The translations under genes and the position numbers were made by a program. DNA of 64,000 bases from a virus: positions 35,315-99,314 of IMG/VR virus record IMGVR_UViG_3300043579_000184, one strand, 5' to 3'. Positions 20,803 through 30,353 of this stretch are shown piece after piece. The notes under the pieces are model-generated. The model was not told the origin of the DNA and searched no databases. It saw nothing but the letters and a program-made list of their open reading frames with translations. Position 1 is the stretch's first letter; the number at the start of each line of letters is the position of its first letter.

Positions 20803-20976
20803 ATGGTGCGGCTGGTGTACGTCCGCCCCCTCACGGACAAGCAAGGGGTCGCCCTTGGCTTCCCGCCCGAGACGTGGCGCGGCAAGTGGTTCTGGTTTTG
20901 GTACTGGAGTCCGTCGTGGGCGGTCTGGGCGCGCTGGGTGCGGCGGCGGGTGACTCGTCGGTTCCGGAGGGCGTAG
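20803..20976 (+). CDS. Trp/Arg-rich 57 aa peptide (not in the ORF track)
   Basis: ATG 5 nt after TATAAC; WRGKWFWFWYWSPSWAVWARWVRRR; stop abuts the next ATG at 20977. Confidence 0.5.
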   Translation: MVRLVYVRPLTDKQGVALGFPPETWRGKWFWFWYWSPSWAVWARWVRRRVTRRFRRA

Positions 20977-21252
20977 ATGGCAGTGGCGAAGCAGGACACG
21001 GCAGGGCAGCTTCAGGCGCTCAAGGACAAGGCGGCGCAGGCGGACCGCGAGCGCGCGGCCGCCGAGGCGCGGGTGGCCGAGGCGAAGCGGCGGCTCAAGG
21101 AAATTGACGACCAGATTCTGGCGCTCGGGGTGAAGCCCGAGGAGGCCGAGGCGCGGGTCACCCAGCTCGAAGCGGAGCTGGCCACCGACATCGCGGCGCT
21201 CGACACGGCGCTCGACGCGGAGCTGGCGGCCTACCGGGCGCTGGGCGGGTAG
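20977..21252 (+). CDS. short coiled-coil protein (possible Rad50 coiled-coil fragment)
   Basis: Continuous heptad-like A/E/L-rich sequence close to the sbcC C-half. Confidence 0.55.
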   Translation: MAVAKQDTAGQLQALKDKAAQADRERAAAEARVAEAKRRLKEIDDQILALGVKPEEAEARVTQLEAELATDIAALDTALDAELAAYRALGG

Positions 21253-21469
21253 CCATGGACGATACCGACTCCCCGTTCGACCCGAACCAGCCGGTCATCC
21301 CGGTGGTAGTAGACCTGACCGCCCAGCCCGGCGACGTGCGCTATGCGTGCCTGAAGTGCGGGTGGTCCGTGACGCTCAAGCCGGAGGGCGAAGCGCTGTG
21401 GACCCGGCACAGCGCGGTGATCCCGACGTGCCGCCGGGACAAGGTGCTCCTGATCCGCACGGTGGTTTT

Positions 21470-22087
21470 GTGAACCGGCGCGTCGAGCAGCTCCAGCGCG
21501 GGGTCGATGCGCTCTATGGCCGCTGGCAGGCTGCCGACGAGCAGGCCAGCACGGCGGATGCAGCGATCCCGCCGATGGCCGAGCAGGTCCGGCTCCTTAC
21601 CCTCAGCGAAGCGGCGCTCACTGCTCTACTGGGGAAAGTGAGCGAGGAGAGCCTGCGCTCGGTCGAGGGCACCGTGACCTACGGGCTGCGGGTGGTCTTC
21701 GATGACCATCCGCTGACGTTCCGCTTCAAGGCTACTACTGCGAGGGGCGGGCAGGTGCTGGAGCCCCTGCTGATCTACGCGGGCGTCGAGCAGCCGATTC
21801 TGGACGCCTTCGGCGGCGGCCCGGCGCAGGTGGTCGCCTTCCTGCTGCGGCTGCTGGTCTGCCACCGGCTCGGGCTCTACCCGCTCATTCTGCTGGACGA
21901 GAGCTTTAGCATGGTCAGCGCGCAGTACGTGCCGAATGTGGCGAAGCTCCTGCGGGAGTTATCGGAGCAGATGCAGTTCACGTTCATCTTGGTGACGCAT
22001 CAGCCGAGTTTTACCGAGCACGCCACTCACGCCTATGAAGTCAGCGAGACTTCCGACGGCGCGACGTTTGTGGAGCGGCAGCCATGA
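21470..22087 (+). CDS. sbcC: Rad50/SbcC C-terminal half (ABC signature, Walker B, H-loop)
   Basis: DAFGGGPAQVV signature-like motif, LILLDESFSMVS Walker B/D-loop, FILVTHQ H-loop. Confidence 0.8.
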   Translation: MNRRVEQLQRGVDALYGRWQAADEQASTADAAIPPMAEQVRLLTLSEAALTALLGKVSEESLRSVEGTVTYGLRVVFDDHPLTFRFKATTARGGQVLEPLLIYAGVEQPILDAFGGGPAQVVAFLLRLLVCHRLGLYPLILLDESFSMVSAQYVPNVAKLLRELSEQMQFTFILVTHQPSFTEHATHAYEVSETSDGATFVERQP

Positions 22088-22259
22088 AGATCGTCCACAT
22101 TCTCAAAGCGGGGCAGGCCCTGTGCGGGCTGGACGGCACGCCGGACCAGTGGCCCGCGAATCACTACTGGGTCGATGAGTACCACGTCAAGGACGCTACC
22201 TGTGAGGGTTGTCTGGCCAGCGTCCCGAAGCTCAAAGCCGCGCATATCCGGGGGCGGCG

Positions 22260-22979
22260 GTGATCGCATGGCTGGACGAGTTCGTCAGTGACTGCGCCAC
22301 CCGGCTGGCGCAGCTCCCACCGACGCACGCGGTCCGCACCTATCTGGCAGGCCGGGCTGTGTCCCCGGCGTATCAGGCGAGCTACCGGGTCGGCTGGCTG
22401 GAAGTGCCCACCGCGCAGCACGCGACCCCGGCGTTCTGGACGTGGCTGCAGCGCTACGGCTGGGAGAGCTATGTCTTCCCACTCACCGACCCATGGGGCG
22501 CGGTGACCGGGGTCGTGCTGCGGAGCCTGCCCGAGAAGCGCTACCAGAACTACATTGCCTACCCGAAAGACCTGTGCCCGCCGTGCTTCGGGCTGCACAC
22601 CGCCCTGCCGGTGATGTTCCAGACCCAGCAGGTGGTCTTGGTGGAGGGCGTGTTCGACTACTTCGCGGTGCGCCCGTTCACCCCGGCGGTGCTGGCGCAG
22701 CTCACCAGCATCCCGTCGCTCCTGTTGCGGCGTCTGCTGGCGCGCTACGTGACCAAGGTGGTGGCGCTGGCGGACATGGACCTGACCGGGCGGCGCGCGG
22801 CCTACCGGCTGGCGGGCGTGCCGGTGCCGGTCGAGTATCGGGATCCGAAGGACCGGGGGCTGCGGCGGCTGGACCCGCCACCGTTCCATGTGGTCGTGCC
22901 TGCGTACTCCGCGCATGACCCGTCGTCGCTCTGGGCGGAAGGTAAGGTAGACGAACTACAACGGCTCGTTCGGTTGTGA
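22260..22979 (+). CDS. dnaG: DnaG-type primase catalytic/Toprim core lacking an N-terminal zinc-binding domain
   Basis: YLAGR, VFPL.D..G.V.G...R, KRYQNY, VVLVEGVFD, LADMDLTG. Confidence 0.75.
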   Translation: MIAWLDEFVSDCATRLAQLPPTHAVRTYLAGRAVSPAYQASYRVGWLEVPTAQHATPAFWTWLQRYGWESYVFPLTDPWGAVTGVVLRSLPEKRYQNYIAYPKDLCPPCFGLHTALPVMFQTQQVVLVEGVFDYFAVRPFTPAVLAQLTSIPSLLLRRLLARYVTKVVALADMDLTGRRAAYRLAGVPVPVEYRDPKDRGLRRLDPPPFHVVVPAYSAHDPSSLWAEGKVDELQRLVRL

Positions 22980-22989
22980 GGGGAGCATC

Positions 22990-23193
22990 GTGATGAACGG
23001 AAGAATCGCGCGTCTGGTGGTGGAGAAGGGGTTCGGGTTCGTGCGGGGGGATGACGATAGTGTCGAGCGGTTCTTCCATCGCTCGGCGGTCGTGGGCCAG
23101 CCCTTCGAGTTGCTACAGGAAGGGCAGCCGGTCGTGTTCGAGGAGGAACAGAGCGCCAAGGGGCCACGGGCGCGACGGGTGGAAGTCGCCTGA
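22990..23193 (+). CDS. cspA: cold-shock domain protein
   Basis: KGFGFV (RNP1), FFHRSAV (RNP2), LQEGQPVVFE, KGPRA. Confidence 0.9.
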   Translation: MMNGRIARLVVEKGFGFVRGDDDSVERFFHRSAVVGQPFELLQEGQPVVFEEEQSAKGPRARRVEVA

Positions 23194-23386
23194 GCGAGTG
23201 GCTGGTGGACGAGTGGCGGCTGCTCGATTGGGTGCTGATCGCGGCGTGCTGCTGGTTTTCCTACCGGCTCTACCGGCTGGAAAGAAAATAGTTGACAGTA
23301 ATACCGACCCGTGGCATTATGAGGTTGTCGATGGCGCTGGCCTGCACTCAAGCAAGCAGCGACTAGGCGACAGGAGCCTCACCCTC

Positions 23387-24478
23387 ATGAAACAGGGACG
23401 TTCGTTACAGGACATCGCGGCCGAGCTGGAACGCCAGACGAAGAGCCGTGCCGACTACATCGCGCCGCAGGGCGCGCTCGACGCCAAGGTGCTCGACGGG
23501 GAGATTGTCCTCGACGGGCTGAACGGCGACCCCAAGCGGATCTCGCCCTACGCCCACAAGCAGTTCGCGGATCACCTCGCTATCCCGGCGCGCTACTACG
23601 ACCGGATGCGGACCGAGCAGCCGACTCTGCTGGCCGCCAACCTGAACACGTGGCTCAAGGCCCAGCCCGAAGAGAAGCGGATGCTCCGCACGCTCGACGG
23701 CCGGGTGCGCGGGTTCCTCTCCCCGAAGTTTCGGCCGCTCGACAACTTCGACCTCGCCAACGCGGTGCTGCCCACCTTGCTCGAACGGAAGGTGCAGATT
23801 GTCAGCGCGGAGCTGACCGAGACGCGCCTCTACATCAAGGGCATCCTGCCGGAGCTGTCCGACGAACTGCCGGAGGGCATGGCGTGGGGGCACGGGCACG
23901 GGATGGTCGGACGCGACGGACGGCTCGTGGCGGCCATCGTCATCAGCAACAGCGAGGTCGGCGCGGGCACGCTCCGGGTCGAGCCCTCGGTGTTCACCAC
24001 GTGGTGCACCAACTTGGCCATCATGGCCGCTGCCGCGATGAAGAAGTATCACATCGGGCGCGCATGGGAAGCCGACGAAGACCTGAGCATCTACCGGGAC
24101 GCGACTCGTGCGGCCGATGACCGGGCGTTCTTCATGAAGGTGGTCGATGTCACGAAGTCGGCCTTCGAGTTGGACACCTTCAAGGCGGCGGTCGCCTCCA
24201 TCCGCGAAGCGGGGAAGAACGACATCAAGTCCACCGAGCTGCCGAAGGTGGTGGATCTGGCGGTCAAGCAGTTGGCCCTGCCGGAAGCCACGAGCGGCGG
24301 CATCCTGAGCATCCTCGCCCGGAACGGTGACCTGACGCAGTGGGGGCTGTCGAGCGCGATTACGCAGCTCGCCAACGACTACGCCGATTACGAAGGGGCC
24401 ACCGAGCTGGAGCGGGCTGGCGGGAAGATTCTCGCCCTGCCGCCGAAGGCATGGGCCGCGATTGCGGAGGCCGCCTAA
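23387..24478 (+). CDS. DUF932-family protein
   Basis: MLRTLDGRVRGFLSPKFRPLDN, ISNSEVGAG, WCTNLAI; promoter copy 23292-23320. Confidence 0.75.
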   Translation: MKQGRSLQDIAAELERQTKSRADYIAPQGALDAKVLDGEIVLDGLNGDPKRISPYAHKQFADHLAIPARYYDRMRTEQPTLLAANLNTWLKAQPEEKRMLRTLDGRVRGFLSPKFRPLDNFDLANAVLPTLLERKVQIVSAELTETRLYIKGILPELSDELPEGMAWGHGHGMVGRDGRLVAAIVISNSEVGAGTLRVEPSVFTTWCTNLAIMAAAAMKKYHIGRAWEADEDLSIYRDATRAADDRAFFMKVVDVTKSAFELDTFKAAVASIREAGKNDIKSTELPKVVDLAVKQLALPEATSGGILSILARNGDLTQWGLSSAITQLANDYADYEGATELERAGGKILALPPKAWAAIAEAA

Positions 24479-24583
24479 GGTCTCCGTATGCAGAGCCGGT
24501 CTGATCAGCCGGAAAGGACTGACGGTCGGGGGATGGGGAGCCGCAAGGCGATGAACCGCTCTCAGCCGGGGAACCAGTCTCAC

Positions 24584-24611
24584 GGGGGCCTCCGAGGCCC
24601 CCTTCTTCTTT
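24584..24611 (+). terminator. intrinsic terminator
   Basis: GGGGGCCT-CCG-AGGCCCCC followed by TTCTTCTTT. Confidence 0.75.
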
Positions 24612-24627
24612 AGTAGGGAGGCACAAT

Positions 24628-25080
24628 GTGACGATCATCGCACGCGCCGAGGCCATCGCCCGAAGCGCGCACACGGGACAAGTAGACAAGGCGGGGGCGG
24701 ACTACATCAAGCACGTCGAGCGGGTGGTCGGCCGGGTCGCGTCTGAGGACGCCAAAGCGGTGGCATGGCTGCACGATGTCATCGAGGACACGTCGATGAC
24801 AGCGGATGACCTGCGCGCAGCGGGCATCCCGGAGCCGGTGCTGGAAGCGGTCGAGCTGCTGACGCGGCCGAAGGCGGACCCGGAGTACAGCTACGCCGAG
24901 TACATCGACGCGCTCTGGGAGTCCGGGAACCTGCTGGCCCTCGAAGTCAAGGTGGCCGACCTCGAAGACCACTTGACTGAACTGAATCAGGATGTCGCGG
25001 CGAGCCTGCCGCCCAAGCTCAGACCCCGGTACGAGAAGGCGCTGGCGAAGCTGAGCCCGGCGCTGGTGTTCCGGACATGA
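24628..25080 (+). CDS. HD-domain (p)ppGpp hydrolase (SpoT/Mesh1-like small alarmone hydrolase)
   Basis: AHTGQVDKAGADYIKH, AWLHDVIEDT, VKVADLEDH. Confidence 0.8.
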   Translation: MTIIARAEAIARSAHTGQVDKAGADYIKHVERVVGRVASEDAKAVAWLHDVIEDTSMTADDLRAAGIPEPVLEAVELLTRPKADPEYSYAEYIDALWESGNLLALEVKVADLEDHLTELNQDVAASLPPKLRPRYEKALAKLSPALVFRT

Positions 25081-25924
25081 GCGGTACACCAGAACCCGGC
25101 CGCGAGGTCTACTACACCTACGGGAACCAAGGCGAGGTCGAGCTGCCCGCGCACGCCCGGCTGCGGATCTACCTGCCGGGGACCGGATCGTCTCACCAGC
25201 GGTGGGTCGAGATCGCCGCGACCGACGAGGGCGGGGTCGAGCTGCGCGGGGCGGGCGCGCTGGTGACGGTCCTGAACGCCAGCAACGCCATGCGGGTAGA
25301 CATCGCCGACCGCTACGAGCGCCGGGAGGACTCGTCCAAGCGGGACTTGGCGGAGGGGGTCTTCGACCGGCTGGCGGCGACCGGGGCCACCTTTGACGAT
25401 ATGTGCGAGCTGGCGCGCGAGCTGAAGCTGCCCGAGTCGGAGCGCTTTCGCAAGGTCAACGACTGGGTCAAGACGGTCGCCAAGACGCTGGCGCGGCGGC
25501 TGGCGAAGTGATCCGGGAAGTGCTGACCGAGACGGCGCTCACCGTGGCCTGTGTCTGCGCCCTGCTGGCGATGGTCTTCCGCTGGGTGCTGTGATGCAGC
25601 AGGTCATTCGCTACGCGCACATGGGCACGCTGACGCTCGGTGACCCGCCGAAGACGCAGACGATTCGGTTCGCGCACGGCGGGACGATGGAGGTGGCTCG
25701 TGAGTGCGTTCTTGCTGATGTGGGTGATCTACCACGGCATGAAGGACCGGCCCGGCCCGTACACGGTGCGGCGCTGGGAGGTCGGTCCCGGTGTGTTGGT
25801 GGCGACCGGTGACGCCCGGGACGCGCTGACGCTGGCGGAGGCCCGCGCGCTGGTGCCCGAGGATACGGTGTGCCTGCCCCGCCACCCGGACGACGATCCG
25901 GTTATTGTGGAGGCGTGGGTGTAA
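25077..25924 (+). CDS. hypothetical genes (25077-25511 and small downstream ORFs)
   Basis: ATGA-coupled ORFs. Confidence 0.45.
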
Positions 25925-26082
25925 GGGATGTCCGGTTCCTCGTGGCCGTCCTGATCTGCCTCGCCACCCTGATGTGGGGCTACGTAGGCTGTCTGGTCGC
26001 GCACACCCATCCGCCGCCCCCTATAAACCGCTTCCCTTGACATCTAAGCCCACCTGCGGTATCATACTGCTGGAGGGTAGAG

Positions 26083-26912
26083 ATGGCAGCGAAGCTGATG
26101 TACGACACGAAGAGCTGCGGACGCTGCGGCGGGTCCGGGCACTACAGCTACTGCTCGATGTACGGGACGACCTGCTTCGGGTGCCGGGGCCGGAAGACGG
26201 TCCTGAGCCGCGCCGGGTCCAAGGCGGCAGCGGCCATCGCCGAGTTCATCACGGCCAACTTCTCGGTGCCGGTCGAAGCGCTAGTGGTCGGTGACAGAAT
26301 CTCGGTGGACGGGGTGGCCCGGACCATCGAGAGCATCACGACGACGGGCGGCTCGCGCTACGGGGTCGGCACGGACGCCGACGGCAACACCATCTGGGAA
26401 GACTATGTGGACCTGACCTTTACCAAGGCGGTGCCGTCACCGTTCGGGGCCTACCGCAGCCACGGCTACTGCAAAGGTATGAAGCTGACCAAGGCGGTCA
26501 GCGGCGCGAACTGGGACCGGGTGGTCGCCTTCGCCCGAACTATCAAGAAGGGGGTCACGGTGGTCGAACCGGCCGCCGTGGCGGTATGAAGGACATTGAC
26601 CGCGCTCACTTGCGAAAGCTCCGGGCCCTGCCGGTTGAGGGCCTGCCGCCGGTCGAGACGCGGCCGCGCTGCCTCTTCTGCTGCAAGCGGCTGAAGCCGG
26701 TGGTCCGCAACGTCTGGAGCAAGATGGACCTGACCGGGCCGCTGCGCCACGGTGAGTACCCGGAAGTCGTCCGGCGCGTCTTCGAGGGCTACAAGGGCTA
26801 CGGGCGGCTCGACCGAAACGAGGGGATGTTCTGCACCATGGGCTGTGCCTACCGCTTCGCCCGCGCCGCCGTCCGGGCAGGCTGGCGGCTCCACAAACCC
26901 AGACCCGCCTAA
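26083..26912 (+). CDS. two early-type hypothetical proteins with Cys motifs (26083-26589, 26586-26912)
   Basis: CGRCGGSG...CFGC and CLFC motifs; promoter copy 26037-26065. Confidence 0.6.
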
Positions 26913-26961
26913 ACCGCTGCGCCAGTAATCCATCGGTGCTCCGCTCCTGTGAGGAGCCCCG

Positions 26962-28767
26962 ATGGCGCAATTCCCGCCCCCAGACCACAAGAAGCTCGTT
27001 GAACGGGTCAACAGTCAGTACCCGGACCTGCTCCGCACCAACACCAAGGAAGCCTGCAACGAGTTCCTGATGCGGGTGGCGCGCGAGCCGGAGATGGTGG
27101 CGGAGAAGTGGGGCCTGCTCTCCAAGCCCGGGGTCGGCAGCCCGGTCCCGGCTGGGTTTACCTACCCGCAGTCCTACCTCGATACGCTCCCGCCCGGCTA
27201 CGACAAAAACGGCCAGAAGGTCGGCGTCGATGTCCTCGCGCTCCCGGACGGCAACCGGGTGGACATCATCAACGGCAGCGACAACCATCCGGCCCCCGGC
27301 GGGCCCGCGTGGAACCCGGTTGCCGAGTACAGCGAGAGCGGCGTCCATCAGTGGCGCAGCACCGATGTCTACGTGGACGTGCGCGGCTGGCCGATCTTCA
27401 ACAGCCAGAGCGGGCCGGTGGCCGCGCGCATCGCCCGCCTCGGGTGTAGCTGGTTCCCCGCCATCCGCGCGTGGAAGGACTGGCCGGAGCGGGCGGACCA
27501 GAACCTCGACTGGATCGAGCGCGAGCTGAACCCGGACTACTACCGGGTGTTCTGCGACCTCAACGGCGAGCCGCACCTGAAGGACGGGCAGGAGGACTTC
27601 TGGTCCATGGCCGGGTGTGACATCACCGACCCGAACTGGACGAGCGACTTCCACCGGATGTTCGACAAGTTCATCGCGCGCAAGAAGAAGCTCTGGCTCA
27701 CCTTGTACGGCAGCGTCACCCACGCGGCGACCGCCGACCAGCAGCGGCGCAACAACGACACCTTCGTCCGGGCGATGGCCGGGCGCTGGGCGTTTTGCGA
27801 GCTGGTCTCGGTGGCCAACGAGTACAACGTGAACGGCTGGACCGACGCGCTGGTGCAGGCCGTGGGGAGTGACCTGCGGACGAAGGTGCCTGCCGAGACG
27901 ATCATCACGCTCAGCACCCCGGCGCTGGCGCACGGGACCAGCGCGGCGCACGAGGCGACCAACGAGGAGATGGCGGAGTCGGCCCGGCGGCTGTACGGGA
28001 AGGCGGACCATTCCGGCGCGACCTTCATCACGGTCCACATCTGCCGCGACCGCGCGTCGAAGTGGTCGCACCCGGCGGCGTTCAACGGCATCAAGACGGC
28101 GGATGGCTGGACGCCGGGCCTGCCCTACGGGAACGGCGAGCCGCCCGGACCCGGCGCGAGTGCCGGAGGCGACATCGCCGACCCGGTCGTGCTGCTCGGG
28201 GACTATCAGGAGACGAGCGAGGCGGGCTGGCCGCGCTACACCCAGCACCATGCGTGGGGCGTCTTCAACGGCGAGCTGCCAGACCAGTACAAGCGCTCGT
28301 ACGATGTCCTGAACATCTGGGAGCATGACAACATGCTCGCGATCAGCAACGCCATGCGGGACTACCGCGCGGCTACGCCGAGCGCGCCGCCCGCGCCGAC
28401 GACCCGCTACCAGTTGTTCGCGAACGACCTGCTCCTGCCGGATGAGCAGCTCGTGGCCGCCGGGAAGACCTGTCAGGCGAAGTACGACAAGAACGACGGG
28501 AACTTCGTGCTCTACACCGCCGAGGGCGTGGCGGTCTGGGACGCGAAGACGGCAGGCTCCACGCCCGGGAACGTGAAGATGAACCCGGACGGGAACCTCG
28601 TCATCTACGACGCGGCGGGCGTGCCCGGCTGGGCCTCGCACACCGACGGGAACCCGGGGGCCATGCTGCAGTTGAACGACGACCTGACCCTCGTCATCTA
28701 CGCGGATCCCCACGGCCCGACGCCGGGCACGGCGCTGTGGAGCAGCGCAGGCGGGCTGGTGAGTTAA
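26962..28767 (+). CDS. multidomain protein: unknown N-domain, GH-A-like barrel, C-terminal bulb-type (B-type) lectin domain
   Basis: SVANEY and NGEP barrel motifs; repeats QAKYDKNDGNFVLY, KMNPDGNLVIY, QLNDDLTLVIY with W.S.T, typical of B-lectin. Confidence 0.65.
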   Translation: MAQFPPPDHKKLVERVNSQYPDLLRTNTKEACNEFLMRVAREPEMVAEKWGLLSKPGVGSPVPAGFTYPQSYLDTLPPGYDKNGQKVGVDVLALPDGNRVDIINGSDNHPAPGGPAWNPVAEYSESGVHQWRSTDVYVDVRGWPIFNSQSGPVAARIARLGCSWFPAIRAWKDWPERADQNLDWIERELNPDYYRVFCDLNGEPHLKDGQEDFWSMAGCDITDPNWTSDFHRMFDKFIARKKKLWLTLYGSVTHAATADQQRRNNDTFVRAMAGRWAFCELVSVANEYNVNGWTDALVQAVGSDLRTKVPAETIITLSTPALAHGTSAAHEATNEEMAESARRLYGKADHSGATFITVHICRDRASKWSHPAAFNGIKTADGWTPGLPYGNGEPPGPGASAGGDIADPVVLLGDYQETSEAGWPRYTQHHAWGVFNGELPDQYKRSYDVLNIWEHDNMLAISNAMRDYRAATPSAPPAPTTRYQLFANDLLLPDEQLVAAGKTCQAKYDKNDGNFVLYTAEGVAVWDAKTAGSTPGNVKMNPDGNLVIYDAAGVPGWASHTDGNPGAMLQLNDDLTLVIYADPHGPTPGTALWSSAGGLVS

Positions 28768-28871
28768 TCCGGACTGTCGGTATCAGGCCGCTCCACAACC
28801 TGTAGGGTATTGGTAGAGACTTGAGGCCACCTATTGCGTTGTTTCGCCGGTCTGGCGTATAACTGACCTCC

Positions 28872-29333
28872 GTGCCTTTCCAATGGGCGGTGCTGCAGCT
28901 TCGCGAGCCCGGCGAAGCCCTGCCGGTGGCCGACCTCGAACGCGACTTACTGGCCCGCTCGCCTCAGACCGTCATGCGGTTTCCGGCGATTCGCGCGGGC
29001 CTGCTGGACCGTGACAACCCGCTCAGCGCGTACGTCTTCGTGAAGCATCCGACGGCCAGCCTATCGCTGGAGGCCAGCCAGTATGCGGCGCGCTACCTGC
29101 GTGTGCCGGGCACGTCCCGCCTGCAGGTGGTGACCGAGGCCGAGCTGAAGCAGATGGCCGTGCCGCCTGCGCTGCCGCCGACCGGGACACTGGTCCGGGT
29201 GATTGCCGGAGACTGGTCCGACATGGAAGGCATCGTCGTCGCCCAGAACTGCACCAAGGTCGCCGTGCTGCTGGAGCTGTGGAGCAAGCGCGCGGTCATC
29301 GAACTGCCCCCCTCCGAACTTCGAGTGGTATGA
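28872..29333 (+). CDS. NusG/RfaH-like transcription elongation factor (NGN + KOW)
   Basis: WAVL...AYVFV NGN-like part; GTLVRVIAGDWSDMEGIV KOW motif; upstream TTGCGT-N18-TATAAC. Confidence 0.7.
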   Translation: MPFQWAVLQLREPGEALPVADLERDLLARSPQTVMRFPAIRAGLLDRDNPLSAYVFVKHPTASLSLEASQYAARYLRVPGTSRLQVVTEAELKQMAVPPALPPTGTLVRVIAGDWSDMEGIVVAQNCTKVAVLLELWSKRAVIELPPSELRVV

Positions 29334-30013
29334 GCACACACTTCCTGCTGAGCTTGAGCGACGTGAATCTCGACCGGAGCCAGTTCCGCGAGATGGAGAC
29401 GCTGCACCGGGAGCCGGACTGGCGCTTCGCGGCGAAGTTTCTCGACCGGGTCCGTCTCTTACTGGACCGGGTGCCCCCGGTCGAGCGCGACGTGGTCGAG
29501 CTGTACTACTGGGGCAACAAGAAGCAGGACGTGATCGGGCGGATGCTGGGCCTGTCCCAGCAGGCAGTCAGCCATCGGCTGCACTCGGCCTACCGGCGGA
29601 TCATCTTCATGCTCCAGCAGCAGGAGGTCGCCCCGGCCCAGATGCACGCCGACCTGACGCTGCTCATCCCGAACCCCTTCACCGTCCGGGTGCTCTGTGA
29701 CTTCGCCACCACCAGTAGCCAGACCGTGACCGCCCAGCGACTGGGCGTGCCGCAGCAGCGGATCTGCTGGCACCTGAACGCGGGCCTCAAGGTGCTACGG
29801 GAGTCGCAGGAGCTGGACGCCGTCTTCTACGTGACCTACTTCGAGGATCTGCGGCGGCACCGGAACATCCTGCGCGAGGTGCTGGCCGGGCGGCGGAAGA
29901 AACAGGTGACCGATGGAGAGACCGACCGCTACGCCCACTACGCCCGAGGACCGGCCCGAAGTTATTGTGGCGGCGGAGGCGGAGCTGGAGCGGGTCAAGA
30001 TTGCGATTCTTGA
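29330..30013 (+). CDS. sigma-70 region-4-like HTH transcription regulator
   Basis: LDRVPPVERDVVELYY...QDVIGRMLGLSQQAVSHRL and a second HTH SQTVTAQRLGVPQQRI. Confidence 0.65.
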   Translation: MSTHFLLSLSDVNLDRSQFREMETLHREPDWRFAAKFLDRVRLLLDRVPPVERDVVELYYWGNKKQDVIGRMLGLSQQAVSHRLHSAYRRIIFMLQQQEVAPAQMHADLTLLIPNPFTVRVLCDFATTSSQTVTAQRLGVPQQRICWHLNAGLKVLRESQELDAVFYVTYFEDLRRHRNILREVLAGRRKKQVTDGETDRYAHYARGPARSYCGGGGGAGAGQDCDS

Positions 30014-30353
30014 GAAGAACCGCGAGCTGCTGAAGTGTGACGAGGTCGAGCTGCCGCGCGTAGCGCGCGAGCTACAGCGGCTCCGGGTGGCGCTCATCAC
30101 CCTCAACGAGCTGATCACCAACGTCTCCGACCCCACGGCCAAGCAGGAGATCAGCCTGCTCTCGAAGATGCTGACCGGACGGCTGGAGTCGGGCGAAGGC
30201 GAAGCCGAGGAGGCGCTGGAGGTGGACGCGGCCAAGGCGCGGCTGGCCACACAGGGCATCGACCCGGCCTCGGCCGACAACATGGCGCGCGGCCTCCGGG
30301 CCCTGCAGGCGGTGATGCTCAACCGTGGAACCCGAAGCCCCGATCCGTCCTAG
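29913..30353 (+). CDS. putative terminase small subunit
   Basis: Helical 146 aa protein directly upstream of TerL; positional inference only. Confidence 0.35.
   Translation: MERPTATPTTPEDRPEVIVAAEAELERVKIAILEKNRELLKCDEVELPRVARELQRLRVALITLNELITNVSDPTAKQEISLLSKMLTGRLESGEGEAEEALEVDAAKARLATQGIDPASADNMARGLRALQAVMLNRGTRSPDPS

Noticed and set aside
24495-24560. Hammerhead ribozyme suggested by CTGATCAG and GCC-GCAA-GGC-GA
   Set aside because: The conserved CUGAnGA and GAAA core nucleotides are not both present around one stem II.
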